This document shows, in pieces, positions 11,372-26,150 of a DNA stretch of 64,000 nt. Each line of letters opens with the position of its first letter. Position 1 is the stretch's first letter. The stretch lies in assembly GCA_051294375.1 (NCBI GenBank), contig CM119264.1, forward strand, positions 18,487,812-18,551,811, given 5' to 3'. Source of the stretch: Paraspadella gotoi. Taxonomy: Eukaryota; Animalia; Chaetognatha. The notes under the pieces are model-generated. The model was not told the origin of the DNA. It did no database searches and saw only the letters and a program-made list of their open reading frames with translations. The translations under genes and the position numbers were made by a program.

Positions 11372-14300
11372 CAGAGAGAGAGAGAGAGAAGAAGAGGGAA
11401 AGAGAGAGAGAGAAGAAAAGGTTATTCGAATTGCAAGTATTCTAGAGATAGGCCGCCTGATCGCCGTTGGTCGTAATTCACACCTACGTGCTCTTGTCCT
11501 TATTTTCTCCTTTGTAACGTGTCGGTTTTCTTGCCACTCGATGTATATTTTTCGCCTCTTTCATCCTCTCATCAATTTCCTCCTTTTTCGCCTTTTCCTC
11601 CTCCTCCTCCTCCTCCTCCTCCACCTCGTCCGCCTTTCTCTTTCTCATCGACCTTCTCTCTCTCTCGCTGCCTCATCGAAGCCTCAAAGCTTCGGAGTTC
11701 TGGTGAAAGAGAAAAATACCATAAAGGGTCCCTCCTTTTCCGTCCTTATTGATGCATCAGTGCAGCCGCTTCCACCGCGGCCACCGCCGCGGCGCTCGCG
11801 TTTCACGACGACGANNNNNNNNNNNNNNNNNNNNNNNNNNNNNNNNNNNNNNNNNNNNNNNNNNNNNNNNNNNNNNNNNNNNNNNNNNNNNNNNNNNNNN
11901 NNNNNNNNNNNNNNNNNNNNNNNNNNNNNNNNNNNNNNNNNNNNNNNNNNNNNNNNNNNNNNNNNNNNNNNNNNNNNNNNNNNNNNNNNNNNNNNNNNNN
12001 NNNNNNNNNNNNNNNNNNNNTCTCTCTCTCTCAAACACAAGAACACACCGTCTCTCGCTCTCTCACATGCAGCCAAATGAGACTCGGCCGGACGAACGGA
12101 TGGGAATTCTTGGAAAACGAGATTCCAACCGGAATGGGGTGGAGAGGTGGGTAGTTTGGAGTTTAGGCGGGTCGNNNNNNNNNNNNNNNNNNNNNNNNNN
12201 NNNNNNNNNNNNNNNNNNNNNNNNNNNNNNNNNNNNNNNNNNNNNNNNNNNNNNNNNNNNNNNNNNNNNNNNNNNNNNNNNNNNNNNNNNNNNNNNNNNN
12301 NNNNNNNNNNNNNNNNNNNNNNNNNNNNNNNNNNNNNNNNNNNNNNNNNNNNNNNNNNNNNNNNNNNNNNNNNNNNNNNNNNNNNNNNNNNNNNNNNNNN
12401 NNNNNNNNNNNNNNNNNNNNNNNNNNNNNNNNNNNNNNNNNNNNNNNNNNNNNNNNNNNNNNNNNNNNNNNNNNNNNNNNNNNNNNNNNNNNNNNNNNNN
12501 NNNNNNNNGAGCGAGTGAAATTGATTTCAGAGGTGATCAAATCCGAGCAGAGGTGATGGAGCTTGGTAAAGAGGTGATTTAGGTCGGATAAAGAGGTGAT
12601 TGAAAGAGGACGAGGAAAGCACGGCCAAGTATCGATTGGACGAGATTCTCNNNNNNNNNNNNNNNNNNNNNNNNNNNNNNNNNNNNNNNNNNNNNNNNNN
12701 NNNNNNNNNNNNNNNNNNNNNNNNNNNNNNNNNNNNNNNNNNNNNNNNNNNNNNNNNNNNNNNNNNNNNNNNNNNNNNNNNNNNNNNNNNNNNNNNNNNN
12801 NNNNNNNNNNNNNNNNNNNNNNNNNNNNNNNNNNNNNNNNNNNNNNNNNNNNNNNNNNNNNNNNNNNNNNNNNNNNNNNNNNNNNNNNNNNNNNNNNNNN
12901 NNNNNNNNNNNNNNNNNNNNNNNNNNNNNNNNNNNGAAGTGATTAAAGTTTGGTGAGATGAAAGCCGCGACGCCTCCGCCGGGGCCGCGTCCGCCGCCGG
13001 CGCCGCCTCGGCCTATCCCCGCCCGCGGAGCCCACGCCCTCGCCTTTTAAGCGGCGCCAAGACGCCGTTCTTACACGCCCCTTTCTTGTCTCGTGCCATC
13101 TCAGCTTTCCCTCCCCTTTTCCTCCCCTCCGTCCTTTGACTTCCCAACCCCTTCCTCTCGTCACGCGGATTCACGTTTCTTTTCAAACAACTCCGCTTCG
13201 TGATTCAGTTGTTGACGAATCATTCTGACGCGAAAGAATCGAAAAGGGGGGAGGTGANNNNNNNNNNCTGGTTTATCGCTGCTACTAGTCTCTTTGATTC
13301 TCTTCAGTCAAGTTGCTTTCATTTCACGTCAGCGACGCGTGAGAGAACGAGACAGCAAGCTGGGAGAGAGAGAGAAAAGGGAGAGATAAAATGGAAGAAA
13401 GAAAAAACGAACTCTTCTGCTTTCTCCGTTTTTTTAAAGGGGAGAAGAGGGGGAAGCGTCGAAGCCGCTGGAGGAATCCACGTTCTCTTTTCAAAGATGG
13501 CCGACATGAGCAGAAANNNNNNNNNNNNNNNNNNNNNNNNNNNNNNNNNNNNNNNNNNNNNNNNNNNNNNNNNNNNNNNNNNNNNNNNNNNNNNNNNNNN
13601 NNNNNNNNNNNNNNNNNNNNNNNNNNNNNNNNNNNNNNNNNNNNNNNNNNNNNNNNNNNNNNNNNNNNNNNNNNNNNNNNNNNNNNNNNNNNNNNNNNNN
13701 NNNNNNNNNNNNNNNNNNNNNNNNNNNNNNNNNNNNNNNNNNNNNNNNNNNNNNNNNNNNNNNNNNNNNNNNNNNNNNNNNNGAAAGGGTTTAAAAAGGA
13801 AAATGCGAGGCGGAGGATAAATAGAAATGTGCCTCATGCTTGACATGAGCAAGATTATGGGAATGGGGAATCCGATGCAGGATTCACCAGGGGGAAAGGT
13901 GGAAGGCTGAGGGGGTGGGGTGGTTGGTAAGTGTGGTGGAGAAGAAAAAGCATCGTTAGAGGAAGCAGACGGGATGAAAGGGTTGGTAAGGATGTTGAGA
14001 GAGAGAGGAGAAGGACTGAAAAGGGAGAGAGTATGGCAACGAATTAGTAGAAGGCAGGAGCTGCGTCGGGGTCGCCGGAAAAATTTTGGGGGCCAAGAAA
14101 TGAAAAATGGGTGGATTATGGAAAAAGCGGCGAGTCGCGCGCAGAGAACGAGATGGATGGCGTAGATCGAACGGAACATGGGAAAAGGAAAAGGGAAAGG
14201 ATATAGAAGAAAAAAGGGAAAATAGTAAAACAGGAGAGTAAGAGATGGCGGAAAAAATAGGCTGGAAAAACCATGAGAGTATCGGAAGAAAAGACATGAG

Positions 14301-14762
14301 GAAGAAACCGAACGTCAAACGTCGTAATTAATGAGAGGAAAAAAACATTTGTCGGCTGCGAAGGAGAAAGAAGCGAAGGAGAAAAAACGTAAACGAGGAA
14401 GATGAAGATAAAAACGGAATAAAAAGAAGTAAAAAGAAAGAAAGAAATTTCTCTCCCTCTCTAACGCATCGAAGGAGACACGGGGACAAATATGAAAAAA
14501 GAAGCCATAAATGATGACGCGAAAAATAAGAAAAAAGGGAACTCGCATGAGCCTAGCTTGCTTGCTCAGTCACGAATAAACTCATTAGAGTATGTACACT
14601 AAGTATGTACACTACATACTATAAGTATGTACACTGTACACGTATAATCCCTCTCACATGGACACACTCCACTATACACGCACTGAAACATCCAATGAAG
14701 CACTAACCACTAGCAGGCAAATATTATTAAAAACCGTAAAAACATCCCTTAAAGAAAAAATA

Positions 14763-15326
14763 CAGGGGTGGGACCATATATCTGGACAATACTTAACATC
14801 TTGCCCTGTCAGAACGATTTGAGATACAATAATAAAATAAGTGCTATAAAATTTTTATGGCTTTTTATTTTCATATACAATGAAACAAAGTAAATTTTTA
14901 AGTAACTCTAAGGCGTTGCGGTTGCTTTAAAAACATTTAGTCGATTTTATGTGAATACAATTAATTGTATATAATAAAAGCTATATTTATTAATATTTTT
15001 CAGTAATCGTTTTGTTATCTTTAAATTTTTCGATTTTCTGCTTTTTATATCTATACAAATTAATTTATTAAATTTGACCATAATAGTAACTTACCCAACC
15101 TTATCTATTTATTTTAAAAAACTTTTATTAAAAATGAAATGTATACCTGACCAAAAACATTTTTACAATACCAATAATGTTTTTATAAATGATTTTATTT
15201 AGTATATTTTAAATTGAGATCAAGCAATAAGTATTCAAATATTTTCCTATTTAGATTTCAAAAATTATTAACAGTTTTATAGAAATGATATTTAAAATTT
15301 TGTCCGGATATATGGTCTCACCCCTG
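14763..15326. mobile_element. Tc1/mariner-type MITE (non-autonomous)
   Basis: ~27-bp terminal inverted repeats CAGGGGTG(G/A)GACCATATATC(T/C)GGACAA, flanked by TA at 14761-62 and 15327-28; AT-rich non-coding interior. Confidence 0.85.
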
Positions 15327-18300
15327 TAAATGATGGAACTCCGGAGGTGAATTTATCTGCGCAAAGATGAAGAGCTCACCTTCGTACGAGTAGCACCTCC
15401 CGGGGGGGAGAGAGAGAGAGAGCGAGAGAGAGAGAGAGCGAGAGAAGAGAGAGAGAGAGGACCGAAGACGGAGGAGAAGAGATAGAGAGAAGAGAGAGAG
15501 AGGAGGAGAGAGTTGAAAACGCGCCAACGCAAAACAGACAGCAAAGATGCTGAAAAGAGAGAAAGGCTATCGAAAATAAAAAGGATGCAGAACCGATTTG
15601 AATTTGATCGTAAAAAAGCGAGAAAAGATTATGATGAAAGAAGAAAGGCCAGTGAGAGAGTTAATGAGAAGATTCTATTAAAAAGAGAGGGCAAGAGAGT
15701 GTCTAATTTTTGATGCGTTGAGCGTGGGCAATGATAAGCGTAATTGGTACCAATCAAGTTTGATGAAGACAGAGAAATAAGTCGTGGGGAAAAAAACGTG
15801 ACTAGGCGAGAGTTTCATTGAGCTTTAAGATGACAATTATCTTATAATCATAATCTTATAATTATAATAATGATATAATGATATTTTTATGATATATAAT
15901 GATAATCATAATAATTATAGTTATTATTATATTTAATTACGTTATGTTTACTTCTTAAGATAGAAAAAGTCAAATACGAAACCAATTTTATTCAATTACA
16001 GATGATTGTTCTCAACATCTACGCTCTTCGATGTCTGCTCATTTTTCAACCACGCCTCAACTTCTCAATATCTTCTCCTCCATGTTTTCTCAACTTCTCT
16101 TCAATCTTTCAATAACTTCTCGTCAACGTCGCCTCCACCTCGTCTCGATCCTCCCCTACTTCTTCTTATCACGCGTTTCGACGATAACGATCTTTTTGCT
16201 TATGACGAATGAGCTGCGATGATTGATTAATGTCTCGGGTTAAACGAAACCATCGACGTGGGCGTCTCTGTCAGGCGACGGCGGCGGCGCTGGCGGCGGC
16301 GGCGNNNNNNNNNNCGGTGGCGGCGTTAATAAACAAGAGGCCGCGGGGAGAGCGGCCTTGATTACAACCGATAATATGAGAGGAGGCATTACTATGTTCA
16401 TGCAAAACCATAGACGACCGAAGCCGCCTTTGCCGCAATCGATGACTTTCTCGGTACCTCCTCTCCGCAACTCAGTTGTTTAAACTGTCAAGAAATGACG
16501 TAAATATCGTCGAATGTCAGACGGTTGTCATTAAGGAGTCGTTTCTCTCCGTTCCAGTTTTCCAGTCACCTCAGCCTCCGGTTTCCCATTTTTTTCTTTT
16601 TCCGCATTTTTTTCCTTTTTCTCTTTTTTTTTCCTTCTCTTTTCTTCCATCTTAGTTTCCTTTTTTTTCCCCTGTTTTCCCTTCGACGTCGTTTTCGCGC
16701 TGCTTGGCATGAAAATGATTCTCTCTCTCTNNNNNNNNNNNNNNNNNNNNNNNNNNNNNNNNNNNNNNNNNNNNNNNNNNNNNNNNNNNNNNNNNNNNNN
16801 NNNNNNNNNNNNNNNNNNNNNNNNNNNNNNNNNNNNNNNNNNNNNNNNNNNNNNNNNNNNNNNNNNNNNNNNNNNNNNNNNNNNNNNNNNTCTCTCTCTC
16901 TCTCTCTCTCTCCCCACGGTCGCAAGACTCAGCGCTGAATCCACTTTTCCTGTTTTATTTCTTTTTCTTTCCATTTTTTCTTCAATTTTTCTTTTCATTC
17001 TCTCTCTCTATCTCTCAATAACTCTTCGTATCAGTGTCTTCCTCGCCCCTGTCCCTCTCTAATTCTTTCCGCTCGCTCTCTCGCTCTTTCCCGCTCTCTG
17101 ACACTCTATTTCGCTCCTATTATTTCCACCTTCCCACCTTTTTCAGATTTTCTCTCTTCCCTCTGCCCCACCCTTTTCCCATTATCTCCCCGGTCTCTTT
17201 CTTCCCCTTTCCCTCCGGCCTCGGGATCCTAGGTGTTGGTTTTTATGGTCTTCTGACGCAACTCAAAGGCAATTACCGCCGCTGCTGTCGAAACGGCAGC
17301 AGCAGCGGCTGCGGCGGCGGAAGATCCCCATCGTCGCGCTGCGGCCCAGTAGACGCCGCTGCGAAAACCAACGGCCGCGTCGCCGCGTCGCCGGCCATTC
17401 TCGGCGTCGCTCTCGGCTTACTTTCTCCTCTTCTTCTCCCTCCCGCCCCCCCCCTTCATCCGGCCGTCCACACCGACGGACGACGACGCCGGACCTTGTG
17501 GCGCGCCGTCGAAGAATCCGGCACCGCCCACGGATATCGCGCTCACATCCGGGTGCCAAGTCTCTCCCGACGACTTCACCGGATACCTGGTTAAAGAAGC
17601 GGATGTTATTCCTCGCTTTACACGCTTCCTTTCCACGTCGTTTCGGGGTCGTCGTCGCCTTGGCCGTCTTCGTCGTCGTCGCCCTCAACATATAGCGCCT
17701 TTTCTTAATTCCTTCTTTCATACTTTAGGTTTTTGCCATAAAAATAATTCGGCCTGACGTTTTTCGTGACGACCGATAAGCCTGACTCTTTTATCCCCNN
17801 NNNNNNNNNNNNNNNNNNNNNNNNNNNNNNNNNNNNNNNNNNNNNNNNNNNNNNNNNNNNNNNNNNNNNNNNNNNNNNNNNNNNNNNNNNNNNNNNNNNN
17901 NNNNNNNNNNNNNNNNNNNNNNNNNNNNNNNNNNNNNNNNNNNNNNNNNNNNNNNNNNNNNNNNNNNNNNNNNNNNNNNNNNNNNNNNNNNNNNNNNNNN
18001 NNNNNNNNNNNNNNNNNNNNNNNNNNNNNNNNNNNNNNNNNNNNNNNNNNNNNNNNNNNNNNNNNNNNNNNNNNNNNNNNNNNNTTTTTTTTTTACCGCT
18101 TCTCTCGCCGCGTCTCTGTTTAACGCGAATAATATGCAAAGAGCTAAACGACGATCGCTTTCAATCGCGTCCTTTCGCTTTGGAAATCGCAGACGGACGT
18201 TTTCATCCTACAATAAGATCGTCTCTTAATCGGATCGAGAGAGGAAAGAGATGACGACTCGAGCGGGAGGATAAATAATTTGCGGATAACCAATATCTTC

Positions 18301-19627
18301 TTTGTCGTCGTCGTCGTCTTCGTCGGAGTTGTGGGAGTTGATGTCGTTATCTACTAATCTTTGATTCGTTCAGAGATTCTTGAACTTCATGTCATGTCAT
18401 GTTCCCTCTGTGTTCCGCCGTCGCGGCATGAGTCTCACCAATTTCAAGATGGCGAGGGCCCCCCCACCTCTTTACTGCCCACCAATACCGCACGGATCGA
18501 TGAGGGTCCGGCCTCTTTAGCGATGACGCTCTCAGCCTCCTCCTCCACTTTCTCCTTCTCCTCCTCCTCCCTCCAGCGATGGTCATCTCGTCTTTGCTTT
18601 TTTCTCTTTCTCTCGGTCTTCGCCATCCGAGCATCATGGATTTGCACCGTTTGCAGAAAGGCACCAACATCGATGAAGAGAACCCAGAGCGCGGAGCGGC
18701 GAACACCGGACCGCAAATGGCTGCGGAAATCTGCGAAGAAACAAAAAATAGGGGATAAAGGGATAAAGGAAGAATATGGAGAAAAGGGAAAAGGGAAAAG
18801 GGAAAAGGGAAAAGGGAAAAGGGAAAAGGGAAAAGACAGAGGGTGAAAAAAGGTGAAGGAAGATGAAGAGGTGAAGCATTGAGAAGAAACAAGTTAACAA
18901 TTTGAAATGAGCTCTTTTTTAACACAAAGCTGGAGGTTTCTCAGTAGAGAGAAATGTCGATAGATTTAAACATGTGAGATAAAGTCAGTGAAGAAGTCCA
19001 AAGAGATGAAGATAAAAAGAGTTCTAACAGATTCGAGNNNNNNNNNNNNNNNNNNNNNNNNNAGGGAAAGGATATAGAAGAAAAAAGGGAAAATAGTAAA
19101 ACAGAGAGTAATAGATGGCGGAAAAAATAGCTGGAAAAACCATGAGAGTATCGGAAAGAAAAGACATGAGGAAGAAACGAACGTCAAACGTCGTAATTAA
19201 TGAAGGAAAAAAATTTGTCGGCTGCGAAGGAGAAAGAAGCGAAGGAGAAAAAACGTAAAAACGAGAAGATGAGATTAAAAAACGGAATAAAAAGAAGTAA
19301 AAAGAAGAAAGAAATTTCTCTCCTCTCTAACGCATCGAAGAGACACGGGACAAATATGAAAAAAGAAGCCAATAAATGATGACGCGAAAAATAAGAAAAA
19401 AGGGAACTCGCATGAGCCTAGCTGCTTGCTCAGTCACGAATAAACTCATTAGAGTATGTACACTAAGTATGTACACTACATACTATAAGTATGTACACTG
19501 TACACGTATAATCCCTCTCACATGGACACACTCCACTATACACGCACTGAAACATCCAATGAAGCAATAACCACTAGCACGGCAAATATTATTAAAAACC
19601 GTAAAACATCCCTTAAAGAAAAAAATA

Positions 19628-20252
19628 CAGGGGTGGGACCATATATCTGGACAATACTTAACATCTTGCCCTGTCAGAACGATTTGGAGATACAATAATA
19701 AAATAAGTGCTATAAAATTTTTATGGCTTTTTATTTCATATACAATGAAACAAAGTAAATTTTTAAGTAACTCTAAGGCGTTGCGGTTGCTTTAAAAACA
19801 TTTTAGTCGATTTTATGTGAATACAATATTGTATATAATAAAGCTATATTTATTAATTTTTCAGTAATCGTTTTGTTATCTTAATTTTTCGATTTCTGCT
19901 TTTTTATCTATACAAATTAATTTATTTATATCTCTAAAAAATTGACTATAATAGTAACTTACCCAACCTTCTATTATTTAAAAAATTTTTATTGAAAATG
20001 AAATGTATACCTTACCAAAAAACATTTTACAATACCAATAATGTTTTTATAAATGATTTTATTTAGTATATTTAAATTGAGATCAAGCAATAAGTATTCA
20101 AATATTTTTCTTCCAAATCGCGTGATAAAATATTATATATTAAATAAAAAATAAGAAAGAATATTATTTAAATATTTATTTAGATTTCAAAAATATTAAC
20201 AGTTTTATAGAATGATATTTAAAATTTTGTCCGGATATATGGTCTCACCCTG
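19628..20252. mobile_element. Second copy of the same Tc1/mariner-type MITE, inside the duplicated segment
   Basis: Same TIRs and TA flanks (19626-27, 20253-54); interior ~60 bp longer. Confidence 0.85.
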
Positions 20253-21612
20253 TAAATGATGGACTCCGGAGTGAATTTATCTGCGCCAAGATGAAGAGCT
20301 CACCTTCGTACGAGTAGCACCTCCGGGGGGAGAGAGAGAGAGAGCGAGAGAGAGAGCGAGGAAGAGAGAGAGAAGAGAGAGGAAGAGAGAGAGAGAAGAG
20401 GAGAGAGAGAGAGAGTTGAAACGCGCAACGCAAACAGAACAGCAAAGATGCTGAAAAGAGAGAAAGGCTATCGAAAATAAAAAGGATGCAGAACCGATTT
20501 GATTTGATCGTAAAAAAGCGAGAAAGATTATGATGAAAGAAGAAAGGCCAGTGAGAGAGTTAATGAGAAGATTCTATTAAAAAGAGAGGGCAAGAGAGTG
20601 TCTAATTTTTGATGCGTTGAGCGTGGCAATGATAAGCGTAATTGGTACCAATCAAGTTTGATAAAGACAGAGAAATAAGTCGTGGGGAAAAAAACGTGAC
20701 TAGGCGAGAGTTTCATTAAGCTTTAAGATGACAATTATCTTATAATCATAATCTTATAATTATAATAATGATATAATGATATTATTATGATATATAATGA
20801 TAATCATATAATTATAGTTATTATATATTTAATTACGTTATGTTTACTTCTTAAGATAGAAAAAGTCAAATACGAAACCAATTTTATTCAATTACAGATG
20901 ATTGTTCTCAACATCTACGCTCTTCGATGTCTGCTCATTTTTCAACCACGCCTCAACTCTCAATATCTTCTCCTCCATGTTTCTCAACTTCTCTTCAATC
21001 TTTCAATAACTTCTCGTCAACGTCGCCTCCACCTCGTCTCGATCCTCCCTACTTCTTCTTATCACGCGTTTTCGACGATAACGATCTTTTTGCTTATGAC
21101 GAATGAGCTGCGATGATTGATTAATGTCTCGGGTTAAACGAAACCATCGACGTGGGCGTCTCTGTAGGCGACGGCGGCGGCGCTGGCGGCGGCGGTGGCG
21201 GCGGCGGCGGTGGCGGCATTAATAAACAAGAGGCCGCGGGAGAGCGGCCTTGATTACAACCGATAATATGAGAGGAGCATTACTATGTTCATGCAAAACC
21301 ATAGACGACCGAAGCCGCCTTTCCGCAATCGATGACTTTCTCGGTACCTCCTTCTCCGCAACTCAGTTGTTTAAACTGTCAAGAAATGACGTAAATATCG
21401 TCGAATGTCAGACCGTTGTCATTAAGAGTCGTTTCTCTCCGTTCCCAGTTTTCAGTCACCTCAGCCTCCGGTTTCCCATTTTTTTTCTTTTTCCGCATTT
21501 TTTTCCTTTTTTCTCTTTTTTTTCCTTCTCTTTTCTTCCATCTTAGTTTCCTTTTTTTTCCCCTGTTTTCCCTTCGACGTCGTTTTCGCGCTGCTTGGCC
21601 ATGAAATGATTC

Positions 21613-21683
<71 letters not shown>

Positions 21684-23763
21684 CTCGTCTCTCTCTCTCT
21701 CTTCTCTCCCCACGTCGCAAGACTCAGCGCTAAATCCACTTTTCATGTTTTTATTTCTTTTTCCTTTCCATTTTTTCTTCAATTTTTTCTTTTCATTCTC
21801 TCTCTCTATCTCTCAATAACTCTTCGTATCAGTGTCTTCTCGCCCCTGTCCCTCTCTAATTCTTTCCGCTCGCTCTCTCGCTCTTTCCCGCTCTCTGACA
21901 CTCTATTTCGCTCCTATTATTTCCACCTTTCCCACCTTTTTCAGATTTTTTCTCTCTTCCCTCTGCCCCACCCTTTTCATTATCTCCCCGGTCTCTTTCT
22001 TCCCCTTTCCCCTCCGGCCTCGGGATCCTAGGTGGTTTTTATGGTCTTCTGACGCAAACTCAAAGGCAATACCGTCGCTGCTGTCGAAACGGCAGCAGCA
22101 GCGGCTGCGGCGGCGGAAGATCCCCATCGTCGCGCTGCGGCCCAGTAGACGCCGCTGCGAAAACCAACGGCCGCGTCGCCGCGTCGCCGGCCATTCTCGG
22201 CGTCGCTCTCGGCTTACTTTCTCCTCTTCTTCTCCCTCCCGCCCCCCCCCTTCATCCGGCCGTCCACACCGACGGACGACGACCGCCGGCCTTGTGGCGC
22301 GCCGTCGAAGAATCCGGCAACGCCCACGGATATCGCGCTCACATCCGGGTGCCAAGTCTCTCCCGACGACTTCACCGGGATACCTGGTTAAAGAAGCGGA
22401 TGTTATTCCTTCGCTTACACGCTTCCTTCCACGTCGTTTCGGGGTCGTCGTCGCCTTGGCCGTCTTCGTCGTCGTCGCCCTCAACATATAGCGCCTTTTC
22501 TTAATTCCTTCTTTCATACTTTAGGTTTTTTGCCATAAAAAATAATTCGGCCTGGACGTTTTTCGTGACGACCGATAAGCCTGACTCTTTTATCCCCATC
22601 CCCATCTCTTCCTTCCTCTTTTTTTATTTCCCCTCTACTAAATCCCCTTCCGACCCCTTAACCCCTTCCTCTCCCCCCCTCGCCCCCACCCCATTCCCCT
22701 TTGAACCGCGCGGCGATTTGCATGCAAATCGCGAAAGCGACGAACGCGCTACGAGCGAGGCGGCAACGCGTCCGCTTTTTTTTTTACCGCTTCTCTCGCC
22801 GCGGTCTCTGTTTAACGCGAATATATGCAAAGAGCTAAACGACGATCGCTTTCAATCGCGTCCTTTCGCTTTGGAAATCGCAGACCGCGTCATTTCATCC
22901 TACAATAAGCATCGTCTCTAATCGGATCGAGAGAGGAAAGAGATGACGACTCGAGCGGGAGGATAATAATTTGCGGATAACCAATATCTTCTTGTCGTAG
23001 TCGTCGTCTTCGTCGGAGTTGTGGGAGTTGATGTCGTTATCTACTAATCTTGATTCGTTCAGAGGATTCTTGAACTTCATGTCATGTCATGTTCCCTCTG
23101 TGTTCCGCCGTCGCGGCATGAGTCTCACAATTTCAGATGGCGAGGGCCCCCCCACCTCTTTACTGCCCACCAATACCGCCACGGATCGATGAGGGTCCGG
23201 CCTCTTAGCGATGACGCTCTCAGCCTCCTCCTCCACTTTCCCTTCTCCTCCTCCTCCTCCAACGATGGTCATCTCGTCTTTGCTTTTTTCTCTTTCTCTC
23301 GGTCTTCGCCATCGAGCATCATGGATTTTGCACCGTTTGCAGAAAGGCACCAACATCGATGATAGAGAACCAGAGCGCGAGCGGCGAACACGACGAAATG
23401 GCTTGCGGAAATCTGCGAAGAAACAAAAAATAGGGGATAAAGGGATAAAGGAAGAATATGGAGAAAAGGAAAGGGAAAAGGGAAAGGGAAAAGGGAAAAG
23501 GGAAAAGGGAAAAGACAGAGGGTGAAAAAAGTGAAGGGAAGATGAAGAGGTGAAGCATTGAGAAGAAACAAAGTTAACAATTTGAAATGAGCTCTTTTTT
23601 AAACACAAAGCTGGAGGTTTCTCAGTAGAGAGAAATGTCGATAGATTTAAACATGTGAGATAAAGTCAGTGAAGAAGTCCAAAGAGATGAAGATAAAAAG
23701 AGTTCTAACAGATCGAGGCACTCGTGGAGAATTCGAGGATCATATCGCCTCTTGAGAAAGAGA

Positions 23764-23839
<76 letters not shown>

Positions 23840-25663
23840 AGAGAGATGCGAGATTGAGACACCCGACGACACCCGAGAACTCGAGAGGCCAAGAAGGAAG
23901 GAGAGAGCGGGCGAGAATTAATGAAAGAAGGAAACTGGAAAGAGAGAAAAGGGTTCAAGAGAAACAGGGATGAGAGAAAAGTAGAAGAAGAAACTTTAAG
24001 TTGAAGTGAATAAATTTAATAAATCTACTTCATTTTGTTTAAACGATTTATTTTTCATGCGTATAAAAATAAACGAGTAAGATTACCTACTTTTTATTTA
24101 CGTTACGAGCACGATGAAGAAATCTTGGTGTATAACCCACCAAAGAAGCAAGAGTACAAAAAGAGGTTTGTTCAGACATCGAGAAAAAAAAATTAAACGA
24201 GAAATGAAGTTACTGACAAAAAATACTAAAGCGCAGAAGAAGTAAGTTCTAAAAAGTAAAACAGAGAAGACGGTTCACGGGGAAAAAAAATCTATTGGTA
24301 ACCAAACACCCGGAAAATTCGCACAGGAAAAAAGAACAGGAAAAATGGGAGGATGGGGAAAAGGAGAAAAAGGAAGGACCGTGTTTTAGTTCGGGGAGAT
24401 GAGAAAAGAAAAAGGAAGAGAGGGAAAAGAAGGACGGATAATTTAGTTCGGCGAGACAAGAGTGGAGAGGGACAGAGTTCTGAAGTTGGTCCGTGAGAAA
24501 GGTAGGGTCGGGTGAGGAAGTGAGGCCGACGAAGGAGACGAGGGATCGAATATTCGCTTCGTCAGGACTGGCGAGGAAGGAAGAGACAAAGAGGCTCGTT
24601 TCCCGCGGTGATCACCAGGGTGGAATTTTCGGAGGAGGAGGATGAAGAGGAGGAGGAAGAAGAGGAGGAATAAAGCGGAGAGCGGGGGAACGAAATCCTG
24701 TTGTTGGTAATATGAATGATTTATTCATGACCGGGCGCTTGGCTTTGAGTCGTCGGAGGAGGCGGAGGAGGAGCTGGGTGAGTGAATGATCTCACGGCGA
24801 GAGCGAGATAGGGAGGAAGGAGGGAGAGAGAGAGAGAGAGAGACGAGACGAGAGAGAGAGAGAGAGAGAGAGAAGAGAAGGAGGAGAGAGAGAGAAGAGA
24901 GAGAGTTCCCCTTTCTGCACAGCTGCGGGCGCGCACGAAGTCGCAGGAATCCGTCGCAAGAGTTGCTTTTTTTTTTTTCTTCCTTTTCTCCTTCGCTTCT
25001 TTTTTCTCCTTTCCTCTTTTCTCTTTCGTTTCTCGAGATAAAGAGCGAAGCTGCGGCGAATACATCAGCTTTTCACGATTAGATTTTAACTTTTTTTGGT
25101 CCGCAACATTTTTTAGCGTGAAGGGAAGATGAGGATCGTTTCTGGCCTCCTTAGGATTTCCTTTTCTTATTTTTTGGAGGGGTGGTGAGAGGTGTGAACT
25201 GTGAAGTAGAGTGGAAATAAAGAAGAGGAAGTGAAGGGTGAAGACTTCACTTAAGAGACTTCCTGGGCGTGAAAACTTTAAAGATGAAAGAGAGGCAAAG
25301 CGATTGGATGAAATGAACTCTGGAGTTTGACTTTATCCTTCTTAATTATTTAATTCCCAATCAGTGGTAATTCGTTCTCTCCCTTCTTCTCGTCTGCCGA
25401 CTCCGACAATACATTTTAAACACTCACGCTGAGAGGATTTCGCCCGATCGTTTTCATTTCATTTCAATTTGTGTTCCCATCGGCTCTTCTCATTTTCCAT
25501 ATTCCACGCGGCGCTCTCATCGGCGGCGTCGCTCCGTGCGGCGTCGGTGGCGTCGGCGCGAGAAGAATCGAGGCGGGCAAACGCCAGGACCAGAGCGCAT
25601 AATACAGAAGGGAACACTTTCGTATAAATCACGCAGACAAGCCCACATTAAGCCGCGGGAAAA

Positions 25664-25752
<89 letters not shown>

Positions 25753-26114
25753 CCGACGGGGAATATATGCGATAACGCGAACTAAAAACGACGACGACGA
25801 CGAGGACTCTGTCGACAAGAGAGGCGTTGAAAACCTTTCCACGTTACAATCGATCAAGCGAGATAAGGAATTGTCTACTGTGTTCGTTCATTGGCTGTCT
25901 TATGGCGGAATCTTGAGAACCCAACTCGTTTTCAGTATCGAGCGCCATCTCCTTTCCGACTCAATGAGCCTTTCACCCTTTTTCAGCACTGCCAAGAACG
26001 AAGGGATAATTGGAGATGGGAAAGAAAGACGACTAGACTCATTCCAGTCTTTTTTTTTCATTCATTTCTTACTTTCTTTCTTACTTTCGTTCTTTCTCTC
26101 TTTCTTTCTTTCGT

Positions 26115-26150
<36 letters not shown>

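Larger units (their letters stand above)
14190..23716. repeat. ~4.7-kb direct tandem duplication (~14190-19037 and ~19063-23716)
   Basis: Collinear near-identity. The copies differ mostly by 1-bp indels, the first has N gaps where the second has sequence, and the junction is itself a gap. Confidence 0.9.

Noticed and set aside
11541-13843. Long ORFs spanning N runs (also at 2065-2782, 17705-18254, 41263-42478)
   Set aside because: Open only because N codons cannot be stops.
16240-17700. GC-rich ORFs on both strands (poly-Ala/Pro/Arg readings) and their duplicates at 21130-22500
   Set aside because: Frames disagree between the copies and no family motif is recognisable; could be UTR or coding but cannot be supported.
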